64,000 nt of DNA, taken from Bacilli bacterium (GTDB lineage Bacteria; Bacillota_I; Bacilli_A; RF39; UBA660). The stretch's first letter is position 1; every line of letters starts with the position of its first letter. The stretch lies in the NCBI GenBank assembly GCA_036342255.1, contig JAZAUS010000002.1, positions 6,334 to 70,333 of the forward strand, in the 5' to 3' direction. The notes under the pieces were generated by a model that did no database searches, was not told the origin of the DNA, and saw only the letters and a list, made by a program, of their open reading frames with translations. A program made the position numbers and the translations under genes. Positions 1 through 11,124 of the stretch are shown here, one piece after another.

Positions 1-245
1 GTATTATTAGTTACTTTGATATTAAATATTTTAGCATCATAAGAGTCTATACTTATACTTTTATATTCTTCAATATCTTCAATATTTAAACTAAAATCAA
101 AAGTTATGCCAACAGCGTCTTCATCTGTAATATAATCATGACTAAATTTGGCATAAGTAGGAGTTAAAATAGTTAATATTATTAATAAAACTACTATAGA
201 ACATAAATATAGATACATATTTTTTCTAATTATATCTTTGTTCAT
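1..245 (-). CDS. hypothetical membrane-anchored protein, 3' part cut by window start (N-term MNKDIIRKNMYLYLCSIVVLLIILTILTP...)
   Basis: ATG at 245..243 with GGAGG RBS (complement of 253..257) 7 nt upstream; hydrophobic N-terminal segment; frame open to window edge. Confidence 0.4.
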   Translation of the reverse strand, partial: MNKDIIRKNMYLYLCSIVVLLIILTILTPTYAKFSHDYITDEDAVGITFDFSLNIEDIEEYKSISIDSYDAKIFNIKVTNN

Positions 246-381
246 TTTATACCTCCTACTCTATTGTTTAGTATACTATGAATAGAGATAAATTTCAAGA
301 TTTTTGAATTTTTTTCTTTAATTTTAAATAATAATATTCAAATATGTTTTTTTTTGATATACTTATTATAGGTGATACTAT

Positions 382-1281
382 TTGAAAAAAGAGTTAATTA
401 TGAAATATATGGCAGTAATAGATGAAATTGCTGATAATAATAATTATGATAATAATATAAGGCATTTGTTATATTTAATTATTCCTGCTTTTATTACTAA
501 ATATACATATAAAGATAAATTGATAATAGATGTGTTTAAGAATACTCCTATTATTATTAAGAATGAAGATACTAAGTATGTTAATGCTTTTTATACTAGT
601 ATTCCGAAATTTGATGGTGATAAGATTGTTACAACTAAATATGTTGTTATTAATAATTATAGGGATAATTCTTTAATTAGGCTTTTAGATAGTTTAGTTC
701 ATGAATATAATCATGCTGTTAATTCATATCTTAAAGAGATTGTTGTTAAAGATAATATTGTTTATATTAGGACTGGGTTGACTTATATAACTTATGATAA
801 GAATAGTCTAAAGTCTATTGATAAACTTCCTTCATATATTTTAGAAGAGGTTATTAATACTAGACAAACTGAAGATATTATTGATATTATTAAGAATTAT
901 AAGGATAATGATATTGAGTCTATAAATAATACTATATATGCTATTAATATTGAGACAAATGATAATTATGAATCTAAAGCATATTATTTGGAGACTAGAA
1001 TATTAATGAAGTTACTTACTAATAGTACTTTTATTTATACTTTAGAGAACTTGCGTATGGAGGGTAATATTGATGATATAGAGAAATGGTTTAATGATAT
1101 TACGGGAATTAAGAATAGTTATAATGATTTAATTGTCTATTTGAATAGGATTATTGAATTGGAATATAAAGTATCAGAGATAAAACATTTTAAAAGTTTT
1201 ACTATTAATAAAATTAAATCATTAATTGATAAAGTTAATTATATTATTGATACTTTTAATAAAAATTGTAATTTTAGATAA
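382..1281 (+). CDS. hypothetical protein with HExxH motif (LVHEYNHAVN), possible metallopeptidase-like
   Basis: 299-aa ORF, only + strand gene in first 40 kb; HEYNH motif seen in translation; no signal peptide; start could also be M7/M10. Confidence 0.5.
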   Translation: MKKELIMKYMAVIDEIADNNNYDNNIRHLLYLIIPAFITKYTYKDKLIIDVFKNTPIIIKNEDTKYVNAFYTSIPKFDGDKIVTTKYVVINNYRDNSLIRLLDSLVHEYNHAVNSYLKEIVVKDNIVYIRTGLTYITYDKNSLKSIDKLPSYILEEVINTRQTEDIIDIIKNYKDNDIESINNTIYAINIETNDNYESKAYYLETRILMKLLTNSTFIYTLENLRMEGNIDDIEKWFNDITGIKNSYNDLIVYLNRIIELEYKVSEIKHFKSFTINKIKSLIDKVNYIIDTFNKNCNFR

Positions 1282-1340
1282 TATAAATAAAAAAACATAA
1301 CTAATATAAGAAATTACTTCTATATTAGTTTATGTTTTTT

Positions 1341-2927
1341 TTAGTATTCAATTTCGTTTTGTCTTTGATATTCTACAGGTTCATATACCGTTCCAGTAAA
1401 CCATATTTCACCAGAGTTTTTGTCTCTTATTAAGAACATATATGGTTTGTTAAATGATAAATCTATTTTTTCTACTGGTACTTTGTAAAGATACTCAAAG
1501 CCACAGCTTCCAGCTCCTGCTCCACCAACAGCGGTTGCAGCAGCAGCTTTAATTCCATCATTTGAGAATTCTATATTGGCTTTATGTGTTGCTTTATTAA
1601 TAGCAATATTACTTGATGATAAATTAGATAAATCAGCCTTATTGGAGTCAAATACATTAGTTATTCCTAGTTTATTTAAATCATTCATTAGATTTAATTC
1701 ATAGTCAAATTTAAACATTGGAATATAACCATATATTTCTGTTATTACTCCATCTTTAAAACTATCTAATTCAATTGGTTTTAAATTTGTAATTAGATTA
1801 TTAATTTCTTTAGAGTTGGTATTTTTTATATAATTATCTAAATTATCATTTTTAGGCATAATACCAATATATTGTAGTGTTGTTCCATTATATTCTTTTA
1901 AATCTTTAGCAAATACTTTTACATTATTATCACTATAAAAATTAAAATCGGTTGAACTGCTAAGTTGTTTATATCCTTCATTAATCTCTTTTATATAATC
2001 ATCAACATAAGATTTTACATCTTTATCTTTTCCTGGATCACAACTTTGTGATTCATAATTATCACTATTTAACCATTCTTGGTACTTTTTAGTAATATTA
2101 TCTCTAATATTTTGTTCTCCTAGGGTATTTAAAATATCATATTTATTAGCTACTACTCCAATCTCTGCTGATTTTGCTTTTTTAGAGAAACCATTAAATT
2201 CAAGTTCATGATAAGAAGAAATATTTAATGATCCTATAAATTTATGATAATCTTCATGAGCAAAATTTACATAATATGGTTTAGTTTCACTTTGAATTTT
2301 ATTAACCCATTCCATATCAATTGCTAAGGCATTTGTTAATATAAAATCTTGGTTTGATATATCATCTGCTATATTATTTATTAATTTGAATGTTTTATTA
2401 CTTACCCATGAATTAATAACGTCTGGTGTTTTAAATGAATCATATACTATTTCTGCATTATATTTATTGGATAAAGTACTAGCATATGAATCTTTTATTG
2501 AATTTTTAAAAGAATCTTTAATAAATAATGCATTTGCAAATGACATATTATTATTATTTATATATTTTTTAGCACTATAGGTTCCTATAATATCAGATAT
2601 TTGTTTTTTGGTTTCACCATTTGCTCCTTCTTCAAGCATTTCTAAAGCATATTTAATAGATAGTGGACTATATGTTTTATTCTTTTTCTCATTTTCTAAT
2701 TGAAGAAAATATAAGTCAAAATTTTCTAATGAATTACTTGATAAGCGATATGGTGAATATTTAGTTTCAGTTTTAACTTTAACTTCTTCAAATTTTTTCT
2801 TTCTAGTTATTTCATAGCAACATACACCAAATAGCATTAAAATTATTAACATTAATAATACTACAATAAATAATCTTCTATTTCGTTCTAGATTATCTTT
2901 TTTGATTGTTTTTTCTTTTTTTTTCAC
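1341..2927 (-). CDS. serpin-family protease inhibitor with N-terminal transmembrane anchor
   Basis: 528 aa; hinge/RCL-like GIKAAAATAV and C-terminal FNKPYMFLIRD motif typical of serpins; N-terminal KK-rich segment followed by hydrophobic helix LFIVVLLMLIILMLFGV; GTG start with AGGAG RBS. Confidence 0.75.
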   Translation of the reverse strand: MKKKEKTIKKDNLERNRRLFIVVLLMLIILMLFGVCCYEITRKKKFEEVKVKTETKYSPYRLSSNSLENFDLYFLQLENEKKNKTYSPLSIKYALEMLEEGANGETKKQISDIIGTYSAKKYINNNNMSFANALFIKDSFKNSIKDSYASTLSNKYNAEIVYDSFKTPDVINSWVSNKTFKLINNIADDISNQDFILTNALAIDMEWVNKIQSETKPYYVNFAHEDYHKFIGSLNISSYHELEFNGFSKKAKSAEIGVVANKYDILNTLGEQNIRDNITKKYQEWLNSDNYESQSCDPGKDKDVKSYVDDYIKEINEGYKQLSSSTDFNFYSDNNVKVFAKDLKEYNGTTLQYIGIMPKNDNLDNYIKNTNSKEINNLITNLKPIELDSFKDGVITEIYGYIPMFKFDYELNLMNDLNKLGITNVFDSNKADLSNLSSSNIAINKATHKANIEFSNDGIKAAAATAVGGAGAGSCGFEYLYKVPVEKIDLSFNKPYMFLIRDKNSGEIWFTGTVYEPVEYQRQNEIEY

Positions 2928-2943
2928 TTAATCTACTCCTTTA

Positions 2944-4068
2944 TTATTCTCTATTGCCTTTAGGTACTTGTTGTGTTATACAATGAATGTTTCCTCCACC
3001 TAGTAGAATTTCTCTAGCGTAGATTGGTTCTATTTTTCTATCAGGATATAGTTTTTGTAGTGTTTCAATTGCTTTTTTATCCATTGGATCATTAAATACT
3101 GGTAGAGCTATAAATCCATTGCCTGTCAAATAATTAACATAAGATGCTGCCATTCTATCACCTTCATTACGAGGTAATGTTCCCTCAACATAATCAATTC
3201 CACCACTCTCTTCTGCAGTAATAAATTGAGGAGATGGACAATACAATTTATGAATTTCTAATTTACGACCTCTAGCATCTTTTACTTTACTTAAATATTC
3301 ATAATCTTGTCTGCTAATTTTATATTGAGGGTCCTTCTTATCATCTGACCATGCTAATACTACAACACCAGGTCTAACAAAATTACAAATATTATCTACA
3401 TGTCCATTAGTATCTATGTCATTGTATAATCCTTTAGGAATCCATAATACTTTTTCTACATTTAAATAGTCTTTTAATATTTTTTCGATTTGTTTTTTCT
3501 TAAGTTTTGGATTTCTACCTGGAGATAGTAATGTTTCTTCTGTTACCATTGCTGTTCCTTCTCCATCAACATGGAAAGAACCACCTTCACAAACAAAATC
3601 TCTTATTTGATAGTAATCAACCCACTCAATTTCAGCCATTTTTTGACCTATACATTCATCAAAATCCCAAGGGAAGTATATTCCATCATAGAATCCTCCA
3701 TAGGCATTAAATCCCCAGTCAATTGCTCTTAGATCACCTTTTTTATTTACTAGGAATGTAGCTCCTGTATCTCTAGCCCAAGAATCATTATTAGATAATT
3801 CAATTACTCTAACACTATCTGGTAACATATTTCTAGCATTAGCATATTGATCTTTATTAACTAACATAGTCATTTTTTCATATTTAGCAATTGTACTAGC
3901 TACTTCAACAAATACTTCCTGAGCTGGTTTTGCACCATTACGCCAATTATCTGTTCTTTGTGGCCATAGCATGTATATTCCATCTTGTTCTTCGAATTCT
4001 CCAGGCATCCTAAAACCATCTTTTTTCGGAGTACTTTTTAGTCTTTTCAAATAAATCCCTTCTTTCAA
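2944..4068 (-). CDS. aguA: agmatine deiminase
   Basis: 374 aa; N-terminal STPKKDGFRMPGEFEEQDGIYMLWPQRTDNWR and C-terminal GGGNIHCITQQ match agmatine deiminase (AguA) family. Confidence 0.9.
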   Translation of the reverse strand: MKEGIYLKRLKSTPKKDGFRMPGEFEEQDGIYMLWPQRTDNWRNGAKPAQEVFVEVASTIAKYEKMTMLVNKDQYANARNMLPDSVRVIELSNNDSWARDTGATFLVNKKGDLRAIDWGFNAYGGFYDGIYFPWDFDECIGQKMAEIEWVDYYQIRDFVCEGGSFHVDGEGTAMVTEETLLSPGRNPKLKKKQIEKILKDYLNVEKVLWIPKGLYNDIDTNGHVDNICNFVRPGVVVLAWSDDKKDPQYKISRQDYEYLSKVKDARGRKLEIHKLYCPSPQFITAEESGGIDYVEGTLPRNEGDRMAASYVNYLTGNGFIALPVFNDPMDKKAIETLQKLYPDRKIEPIYAREILLGGGNIHCITQQVPKGNRE

Positions 4069-4116
4069 TTTCTTTTTTTATTAAAGGAATTCTTTATTTA
4101 GAATTCCTTTAATATT

Positions 4117-5517
4117 TTATTTTTTTACTTTTATTCTTGCAACTAATATTTCTTCACATATGAATGATAATATTACTCCAGCATATAGTGGAATACTATC
4201 CATTATATATTCACTTGTAAAATCACCAAATAATGTAAATATAATTCCAAGTACTAAGATTATAAATGGTACCCAGCCTGCTAAAGTGATAAGTGTTGGG
4301 CCTCCTGGTACTTTGTAAGGTCTTTTGGCTTTTGAATCTGTTTTTCTTAGTTTTAAGAATGCTAAGAACATTGGTGCATAACTAATTAATAAAGTTATCC
4401 AACTTAAACAGAAGAATAAGCTAAAACCTGCTCCAAAGTCTTCACTAACTAGATTTGCTATTATGCCACCTATTACAATAGCTGATGCAACTAGACCATT
4501 TATAAGTGCTGCTTTATATGGTACTCCTTCTTCATTAGTTGGAGTAAATATTTTTGGTAAACTTCCATCTTCTGCAGCATATTTAGCTACTTCATTTACA
4601 CCAAATGACCATGATGCGATATTAGCGATAAATGTATATATAAACATTAATCCTGCTACTATTACAAATGATTTCATTAGGCTACTACTTATACCAACTG
4701 CAGTAAATAATGCTGTTAAGACTTCTACAACATTTTCAGGATCCATTTTTGCTACTACTTTTGGTGATAGAGCAATATTAAATCCTGTTGCTGGTAAAAT
4801 GTAGAATATTGCCATTAGTAAGCCACCGAATATTAATGCTTTTGGTATTTCTTTTTTAGGATTTTCCATGTCTTCAGCCCAAGTTCCTACTACTTCAAAT
4901 CCCATAAAGTTGAATAATATTATTGAAATGAATGACCAACTTGCTAAATCCATAGATGGGAATAAGTCTCCTACACCTGTAATTGGATTTGCACTTTTTC
5001 CTGTTTTTAATACTGCATATATTCCTAATAGTCCAATTCCTAATAATAATACTATTTTAAAGATTGTTCCTAGGTTTACTACATATTTGCTTTCACCTAT
5101 TCTTTTTGTACTTAATAGTGTTACTATCCATACATATAATAATTGAATTAATAATAATGTTACAACAGTTAGTTCAATATTAAACATACCTGCTATTATA
5201 TCTGTTACAGCAACAGCTAATGATGCAATCCATAGTGGGAAATTAACCCAATAGTTCCAGGCAACACGTCCAGCCCATTTTGGACCAAATGCTCTTTTTA
5301 CCCAATCATACATTCCTCCTTCACTAGGATATGTAGTTCCAAGTTCTGCTGTAATCATACCATATGGTAGACAAAATGCTATAAGCAAGAATATCCACCA
5401 GAAATATTGTTGATTACCAATAGCAGCTGTTGGCATTACTGATTCACATACTAGTGTTAAACATACAGTTCCTAATATGGCATCAACTAATTTAAATTTT
5501 TTCTTTCCTTTTTCCAT
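4117..5517 (-). CDS. aguD: APC-family agmatine:putrescine antiporter
   Basis: 466 aa, about 12 predicted TM helices, APC transporter signature region near N-term; sits between aguA and putrescine carbamoyltransferase as in agmatine deiminase operons. Confidence 0.8.
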   Translation of the reverse strand: MEKGKKKFKLVDAILGTVCLTLVCESVMPTAAIGNQQYFWWIFLLIAFCLPYGMITAELGTTYPSEGGMYDWVKRAFGPKWAGRVAWNYWVNFPLWIASLAVAVTDIIAGMFNIELTVVTLLLIQLLYVWIVTLLSTKRIGESKYVVNLGTIFKIVLLLGIGLLGIYAVLKTGKSANPITGVGDLFPSMDLASWSFISIILFNFMGFEVVGTWAEDMENPKKEIPKALIFGGLLMAIFYILPATGFNIALSPKVVAKMDPENVVEVLTALFTAVGISSSLMKSFVIVAGLMFIYTFIANIASWSFGVNEVAKYAAEDGSLPKIFTPTNEEGVPYKAALINGLVASAIVIGGIIANLVSEDFGAGFSLFFCLSWITLLISYAPMFLAFLKLRKTDSKAKRPYKVPGGPTLITLAGWVPFIILVLGIIFTLFGDFTSEYIMDSIPLYAGVILSFICEEILVARIKVKK

Positions 5518-5531
5518 AATATACTCCTATT

Positions 5532-6524
5532 TTATTCTTCATTTAAATTTTTCTTGCATATTTCAATTGTTTCATCCATTTTCCCCATGAAATATATTAG
5601 TAATCCTCTCATTGCTGTTAGTCTATTCTCTGCTTCATCAAAGCAAATTGATATTTTTTCATCATCCATTACTTCATCTGTTACTTCTTCTCCTCTTGTA
5701 GCAGGTAAGCAATGCATAAATTTTACATTTGGAGAACATTTTTTAATCATATCCATATTTACTTGATATTTTGGATAGAATATTTTCATTCTCTCTTCTT
5801 TTGGAAGTTCTGATTCATATAATCCATACCAAACATCAGTATAAATAAAATCAGCATCCTTTAAAGCTTCTTGTGGGTTATCTGTAATTAAATAACTTCC
5901 TCCACTTGCTTTACAATTTTCCTCAAGTATATCTACATACTCTCCTTTTAATTGGAAATCTTTTGGACCATAGTGAACGTAATGACCACCCATCTTGGTA
6001 ATCATCATACCTAAAGATGCACATACTTGAGTACAATCTCCTACAAATACAACTTTACATTCTTCAATTGTTTTGTTTTCTGGTAAGTGTTCAAACATTG
6101 TAATGATATCACCCATCTCTTGAGTAGGATGATTATAATCACTCATACCATTAAGTACAGGTACAGTAGAATATTTTGCTAATTCTACTACTGTTTTATG
6201 TTGTTGAACACGAGCCATTATCACATCTACAAGTCTTGACAAAACAATTGAAGTATCTTTCATACTTTCATGTTTACCAAGCTGTATTTGCCCCGGTGCC
6301 AAATATTGAGCATGTCCACCTAATTGAGTCATTGCTGTTTCAAAAGAAACACGAGTCCTAGTAGATGATTGCTCAAAAATCATACCTAATGTCTTATGAT
6401 ATAAAACATTAAGTGGATATCCTGCTTTAATATTCTTCTTAATAAGAAGACTTAAATTAACGATATCCAATAACTCTTCCTTAGTAAAATCTTGAGTCGT
6501 AATATAATCTTTTACTCTCATCAA
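5532..6524 (-). CDS. aguB: putrescine carbamoyltransferase
   Basis: 330 aa; STRTR carbamoyl-phosphate motif, HCLP motif, near full-length similarity to enterococcal putrescine carbamoyltransferase by recall. Confidence 0.9.
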   Translation of the reverse strand: MMRVKDYITTQDFTKEELLDIVNLSLLIKKNIKAGYPLNVLYHKTLGMIFEQSSTRTRVSFETAMTQLGGHAQYLAPGQIQLGKHESMKDTSIVLSRLVDVIMARVQQHKTVVELAKYSTVPVLNGMSDYNHPTQEMGDIITMFEHLPENKTIEECKVVFVGDCTQVCASLGMMITKMGGHYVHYGPKDFQLKGEYVDILEENCKASGGSYLITDNPQEALKDADFIYTDVWYGLYESELPKEERMKIFYPKYQVNMDMIKKCSPNVKFMHCLPATRGEEVTDEVMDDEKISICFDEAENRLTAMRGLLIYFMGKMDETIEICKKNLNEE

Positions 6525-6684
6525 TCTCCTCCTTCTATTTTACATTTTTAGTATACCATAAGCTAAATTGTTTTTCAATTATATTTAACTAAAAAGATAC
6601 ATGAATGTTATTTTAATAATATTAAAAAAAGATATAAATTTAATCTATATCATTTTTAATTCTTATCATATAGTTATTAACAAA

Positions 6685-8736
6685 CTATTTCGTATGTTTA
6701 TTATAATATTTATCATTAGCAATATACATTTCTATTTTTACACCAATTTTAACTACTAATTCATTTAATATCTCTTTTATTTTATTATTATAATCTTTAA
6801 TATTATTTATATCATTATCTTCTAAACTTTTTAATTGCTTATTGATTGTATTTATTATATCTTTTCGCATATTTTTTTTCTGTTCTTCATTTAAAACATT
6901 ATCTTCTATATAATTATTTAATTCCTTAACTGTAGATGTTATAGCCTTATTTTGATCATCTTCTTTTAATGTTACTCTTCCATTTAATTCAGTTATTTCC
7001 TTACTTTCAGTCAACTCTTTAATTATATTATCTTTATTACATTTTTCTAATAATGGATTTCCCGCTCCCAATAATTCATAATATTTTAATAATTTTAAAA
7101 CAAACTGTAATTCTTTTCTCAATTCTAATTCTTTATCATTATATTTATCTTTCTTTAAAGGCTTAACATCTTTCTCTTTTAAAATATTTTTTAAATCATT
7201 TTTATATTTATTTATACAATCATTAAACTTATCTTCTAAAATTTTTCTATATTCTACACTTGATAAAGATTTAATACTTATTTTAATACCCGTTAATAAT
7301 TCTCCAATTTCTGTTTCATTATTATTCCCTTCCAAAGAAGAAAGTAACAATTCATACGGCAATTCATTATAATAATACTTTGATATTTCATCATATAATT
7401 TTGATATTTCTAAATCAAAGTATACATCTATATCTAAATCACTATTAATATCTTCTTTATTATTTATAATAGCCTTAATACTTGAATTTATTTTTTTAAT
7501 AGCTGTATCAATAATAGTATTAAAATCTTTTTCATATTTCTTTTTTTTATCATCTGGCATACTATTTATCATATATATAATATTATTTATTTTAGAATCT
7601 ATAGAATCAGCATCTTTTATAAAATCAAGTTTATCTTGAGATAATAATTCTTTATAACTTTCTAATTTAACAATTTTATCATTAGACTTTAAATTAAAAA
7701 TAATAAACTCTAGATTGGTTAATAACTTAGATTTTATATAACCAATATCATTTTTCCCAAAAATAAAATCATTACTTTCCCCATATACTGGACTTGTTTC
7801 CTCTACAGCTTTATCATATTCTTTTAATAACGCATCTACTTTATCATGTATACTATTTTTGATATCATCAGATAAATTATTACATATTTCATCTATTTTA
7901 TATAACAAATCCTGTATATCTTTAGAATACTTATTAATATCTTTAATATTATTTCCTTTATTATCATCTTCAGTTGACTTTTCATCATCTAGCAACTCAA
8001 TATTCACTGATTGCAAAATATCTTCTAGCATTGATTCATACATAAAAGAATACAAATGAGATTTTTTAATATCTTCACTAAGAGGATAACCTATATTTAA
8101 CGATATTCCTGATAATATGCCTTTTTGACATATAAACAATTCTTTTTGTCTATCCATTAACCATTTTATAGGCTTTACTTCGAACCATATTCGACGTCTC
8201 TTAGTATCATTTAAAAAAACATATTTCCTACCATTATACTCATATTCATCAAAAGGAACAAATCCTTCATTTCGATCTTTCAAATGATAACTCTTACCTG
8301 TTTTTTTCATTTCATAAAATTTCTTATTCAATTCTTTTTGCATTTTAGAATCAACTAAATCTTGAGGATATTCTCCAAATTCTACTTCATAATATCCATC
8401 AATATAGTTAGCTTTTGGTAACAACTTCTCAAATAAAAGAGGATATTTTATGACTGGAAGTATAATTCCGTACCATTCAGGTAAAAGACATTTACCTTCT
8501 TTACCATTTTCATCAAAACACTTTACATAATACTTATCCCTACTACGCCAATGTTCTTCATAAATAGTACCCTGAGTATAGAATTCCGGATAATTATAAT
8601 TACTAAGATTTTTAGCTAAATCAGTACAATTAAAATTGTAACCAAATCTTTTTATTACTTCTAATATGTTATCTCCCCATACTTCTTCTGGAGAAAGTAT
8701 ACCAATTTCTATTGAATCTGAATACATATTTATCAC
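6685..8736 (-). CDS. paralog family member P1 (type-1 N-module, 683 aa), function unknown
   Basis: N-term M..IEIGILSPEEVWG, YYEVEFGEYPQ, YEYNGRKYV, WFEVKPIKW, conserved C-terminal core ending IYIANDKYYNKHTK; no signal peptide. Confidence 0.8.
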   Translation of the reverse strand: MINMYSDSIEIGILSPEEVWGDNILEVIKRFGYNFNCTDLAKNLSNYNYPEFYTQGTIYEEHWRSRDKYYVKCFDENGKEGKCLLPEWYGIILPVIKYPLLFEKLLPKANYIDGYYEVEFGEYPQDLVDSKMQKELNKKFYEMKKTGKSYHLKDRNEGFVPFDEYEYNGRKYVFLNDTKRRRIWFEVKPIKWLMDRQKELFICQKGILSGISLNIGYPLSEDIKKSHLYSFMYESMLEDILQSVNIELLDDEKSTEDDNKGNNIKDINKYSKDIQDLLYKIDEICNNLSDDIKNSIHDKVDALLKEYDKAVEETSPVYGESNDFIFGKNDIGYIKSKLLTNLEFIIFNLKSNDKIVKLESYKELLSQDKLDFIKDADSIDSKINNIIYMINSMPDDKKKKYEKDFNTIIDTAIKKINSSIKAIINNKEDINSDLDIDVYFDLEISKLYDEISKYYYNELPYELLLSSLEGNNNETEIGELLTGIKISIKSLSSVEYRKILEDKFNDCINKYKNDLKNILKEKDVKPLKKDKYNDKELELRKELQFVLKLLKYYELLGAGNPLLEKCNKDNIIKELTESKEITELNGRVTLKEDDQNKAITSTVKELNNYIEDNVLNEEQKKNMRKDIINTINKQLKSLEDNDINNIKDYNNKIKEILNELVVKIGVKIEMYIANDKYYNKHTK

Positions 8737-8776
8737 TTCTCTCTACTATTATTTTTTGTTCATTTAATTATCTAAA

Positions 8777-11083
8777 CTATTTCGTATGTTTATTATAATA
8801 TTTATCATTAGCAATATATATATCTATTTTTAAACCTACATCTACTATTAAGTCATGTAAAATATTTTTTAATTCTTTATTATATTCTTTAGCATTTTTT
8901 ATATCTTTTGTTGTTAAATTCTTTATTGATTCATCTATTCTATTTATTAAGTCATTTCGCATTTCATTTTTGATTTCTTCTTCTATTACATTATCTACTA
9001 TATAGTTATTTAATTCTATTACTGTTGATGTTATAGCTTTTGACTCATCTTCTTTAGATATATCTTTTTTTATTTTTCTATTAATTATATCTTTACTTTC
9101 TTCTAATTCTTTTAAAATACTATCTTTATTATACTTATTATTAGATTGTTCTTCTAACACTTCTAATATATCATATTTTTTGATTAATTTTGCTAATTCT
9201 TGGATTTCTTTTCTTATACTAATCTCTATTTCTTTAGAATTAGTTTTCTTTAACAAATCATTATTATTTAAAATATCTGTTATTAACTGTATATACTTCT
9301 CTTTAATATTATTAAATCTAGTTTCTATATCGTCTTTGTATTTTATATTATTTTCTTTTAATTCTTTTATTTTTTCTTCTATTAATTTTATTTCTTCGAT
9401 AAGATTTGAACTATTATTGTCTTCTTTATTTAAGGCGTTTAGTAGCTTTTCAAATGGTAATGCAGTATTACGATATGATAATATTTCATCATATAGTTTA
9501 GATATATTTAAATCTAGTTTTCTATCTATATTAGAATCTTTTGATAGTGATAAATCTGGTTTATCATTAGTTTCTTTTTCTAATTCTTTTGATAATTCAT
9601 TAATAGCGTCATCTATAAAACTAATTAATGATTTTTCAAATGTCTCTTTTTTTGAATTGCTCATTTCATTTAATATAAATATAATATTATTTATTTTAGC
9701 CTCTGTTGAATTATCATCATTAACTAGTATAGTTCCATTTTGAGATAATAATCTTTTATATTTACTTAATTTTTCTAATAATTTAATAGTCTTGTCTTCA
9801 TTTTTTAAGTTTAGTATTATTAATTCTAAATTAGATAATAATGATGTTTTTAAATAAGCAATATCTTTTTTATCTATATCTAATTCATAGATATTTCCAT
9901 ATTTTGGTTTAGCTTCTTTTAAATCATTATCATATTGATCTAGTAAACTATTTACTTCATCCATTATACTCTTTTTGGTATTATCTGGTAGATTATTACA
10001 AATATCATATATCTTATCTAATAATTCTTCTATATCATTAGAATATTTATTAATTCTAGTTGGATTATCTTTTACTTTATTAATATATGATAATATTATC
10101 TCTTTTGGTAATATATTCTTAATTGTATTCATCGCAACATCACTTAATTCAGGACCATCTAAAATTATTTGAGCTATTCCTGTAAAATCTTTTAATTCTT
10201 CAATTATTGCTTTTAATTCATAAATATTATTATACTTAATTGTTTTTGTTAATTTTGTTGATTGTAAGATATCTTTTAAAAAGTATTTTTTTAAAAATTG
10301 TTCTGTATCTTCTCTAGATGGTTTTATAGTATGTACTTTTACATAATAACGTATTTTTAGATATATTTCTTCATATTCTTTTTCTGTTTTACATATATTA
10401 TTAAATAATCCTAGTTTAGAATATAATACTCCATCTTCTATCTCCCATTTTATAGGTAATACTTTAAGCCAATATACTTCATTATTATTGTTTATGAAAC
10501 GAATATATTTTTCATTGTTATACTCATATTCTTCATAAGATTTATATGTAGTTTTACAATGTTTATTAACTACCCTTCCACTAACAATACCAAAATTATA
10601 TTGTTTTGGCTTTATTACAACCTTAGGTTCTTCTTTTATTATTGTTGATGGGATAGTATAAGTCTTTCCTGTTTTTTTAAATTCTTTACTATTAGAAGAA
10701 CCTCTTTGAATAAATAATTGTTCTAGTTTTTTTTGAGTATCTGGCTCTACTTTAGTTTGAGGATATTCACCTAACTCTATGGTTTTACTGCTACTATTAT
10801 TTTTTGTAATTTGAGATAACAATTCAGCATCTAATTCTATTTTAGGATATACTGCTTTATCAGGATATCCTAAATAATCCTTAGTACTATCTTTATTAAT
10901 AGCCATTAATAGTGTTAAATCAGTGGAAGTAAAGTTTCCTTTGGTTAAGTTAGATACGGGATAGCCCATTCGTATTAAATATTCTTCATCTGTTTCTTCA
11001 GCATATGGAGTATTATCATCATAATGACTACGACTTTTATAATTTGGAATTTGTAAATCATTTAAATAATCTATGCTTATCAT
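8777..11083 (-). CDS. paralog family member P2 (type-2 N-module, 768 aa)
   Basis: N-term IDYLNDL, IELGEYPQ, YEEYEYNNEKYIRF, WLKVLPIKW, ILDGPEL, shared C-terminal core; last about 14 aa and 3' DNA identical to P1. Confidence 0.8.
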   Translation of the reverse strand: MISIDYLNDLQIPNYKSRSHYDDNTPYAEETDEEYLIRMGYPVSNLTKGNFTSTDLTLLMAINKDSTKDYLGYPDKAVYPKIELDAELLSQITKNNSSSKTIELGEYPQTKVEPDTQKKLEQLFIQRGSSNSKEFKKTGKTYTIPSTIIKEEPKVVIKPKQYNFGIVSGRVVNKHCKTTYKSYEEYEYNNEKYIRFINNNNEVYWLKVLPIKWEIEDGVLYSKLGLFNNICKTEKEYEEIYLKIRYYVKVHTIKPSREDTEQFLKKYFLKDILQSTKLTKTIKYNNIYELKAIIEELKDFTGIAQIILDGPELSDVAMNTIKNILPKEIILSYINKVKDNPTRINKYSNDIEELLDKIYDICNNLPDNTKKSIMDEVNSLLDQYDNDLKEAKPKYGNIYELDIDKKDIAYLKTSLLSNLELIILNLKNEDKTIKLLEKLSKYKRLLSQNGTILVNDDNSTEAKINNIIFILNEMSNSKKETFEKSLISFIDDAINELSKELEKETNDKPDLSLSKDSNIDRKLDLNISKLYDEILSYRNTALPFEKLLNALNKEDNNSSNLIEEIKLIEEKIKELKENNIKYKDDIETRFNNIKEKYIQLITDILNNNDLLKKTNSKEIEISIRKEIQELAKLIKKYDILEVLEEQSNNKYNKDSILKELEESKDIINRKIKKDISKEDESKAITSTVIELNNYIVDNVIEEEIKNEMRNDLINRIDESIKNLTTKDIKNAKEYNKELKNILHDLIVDVGLKIDIYIANDKYYNKHTK

Positions 11084-11124
11084 TCTATCATTCCTTTACA
11101 ATACAATTAAAGTATCTTTTTTAA

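Noticed and set aside
9180-9743. 187-aa plus-strand ORF and many similar 60-190 aa plus-strand ORFs inside the array (for example 7859..8059, 12215..12496, 14283..14522, 20089..20307, 25341..25868)
   Set aside because: They are antisense to long conserved minus-strand genes. Translations are Leu/Ile/Ser/Phe low-complexity, as expected from reverse frames of Lys/Glu/Asn-rich genes in AT-rich DNA.
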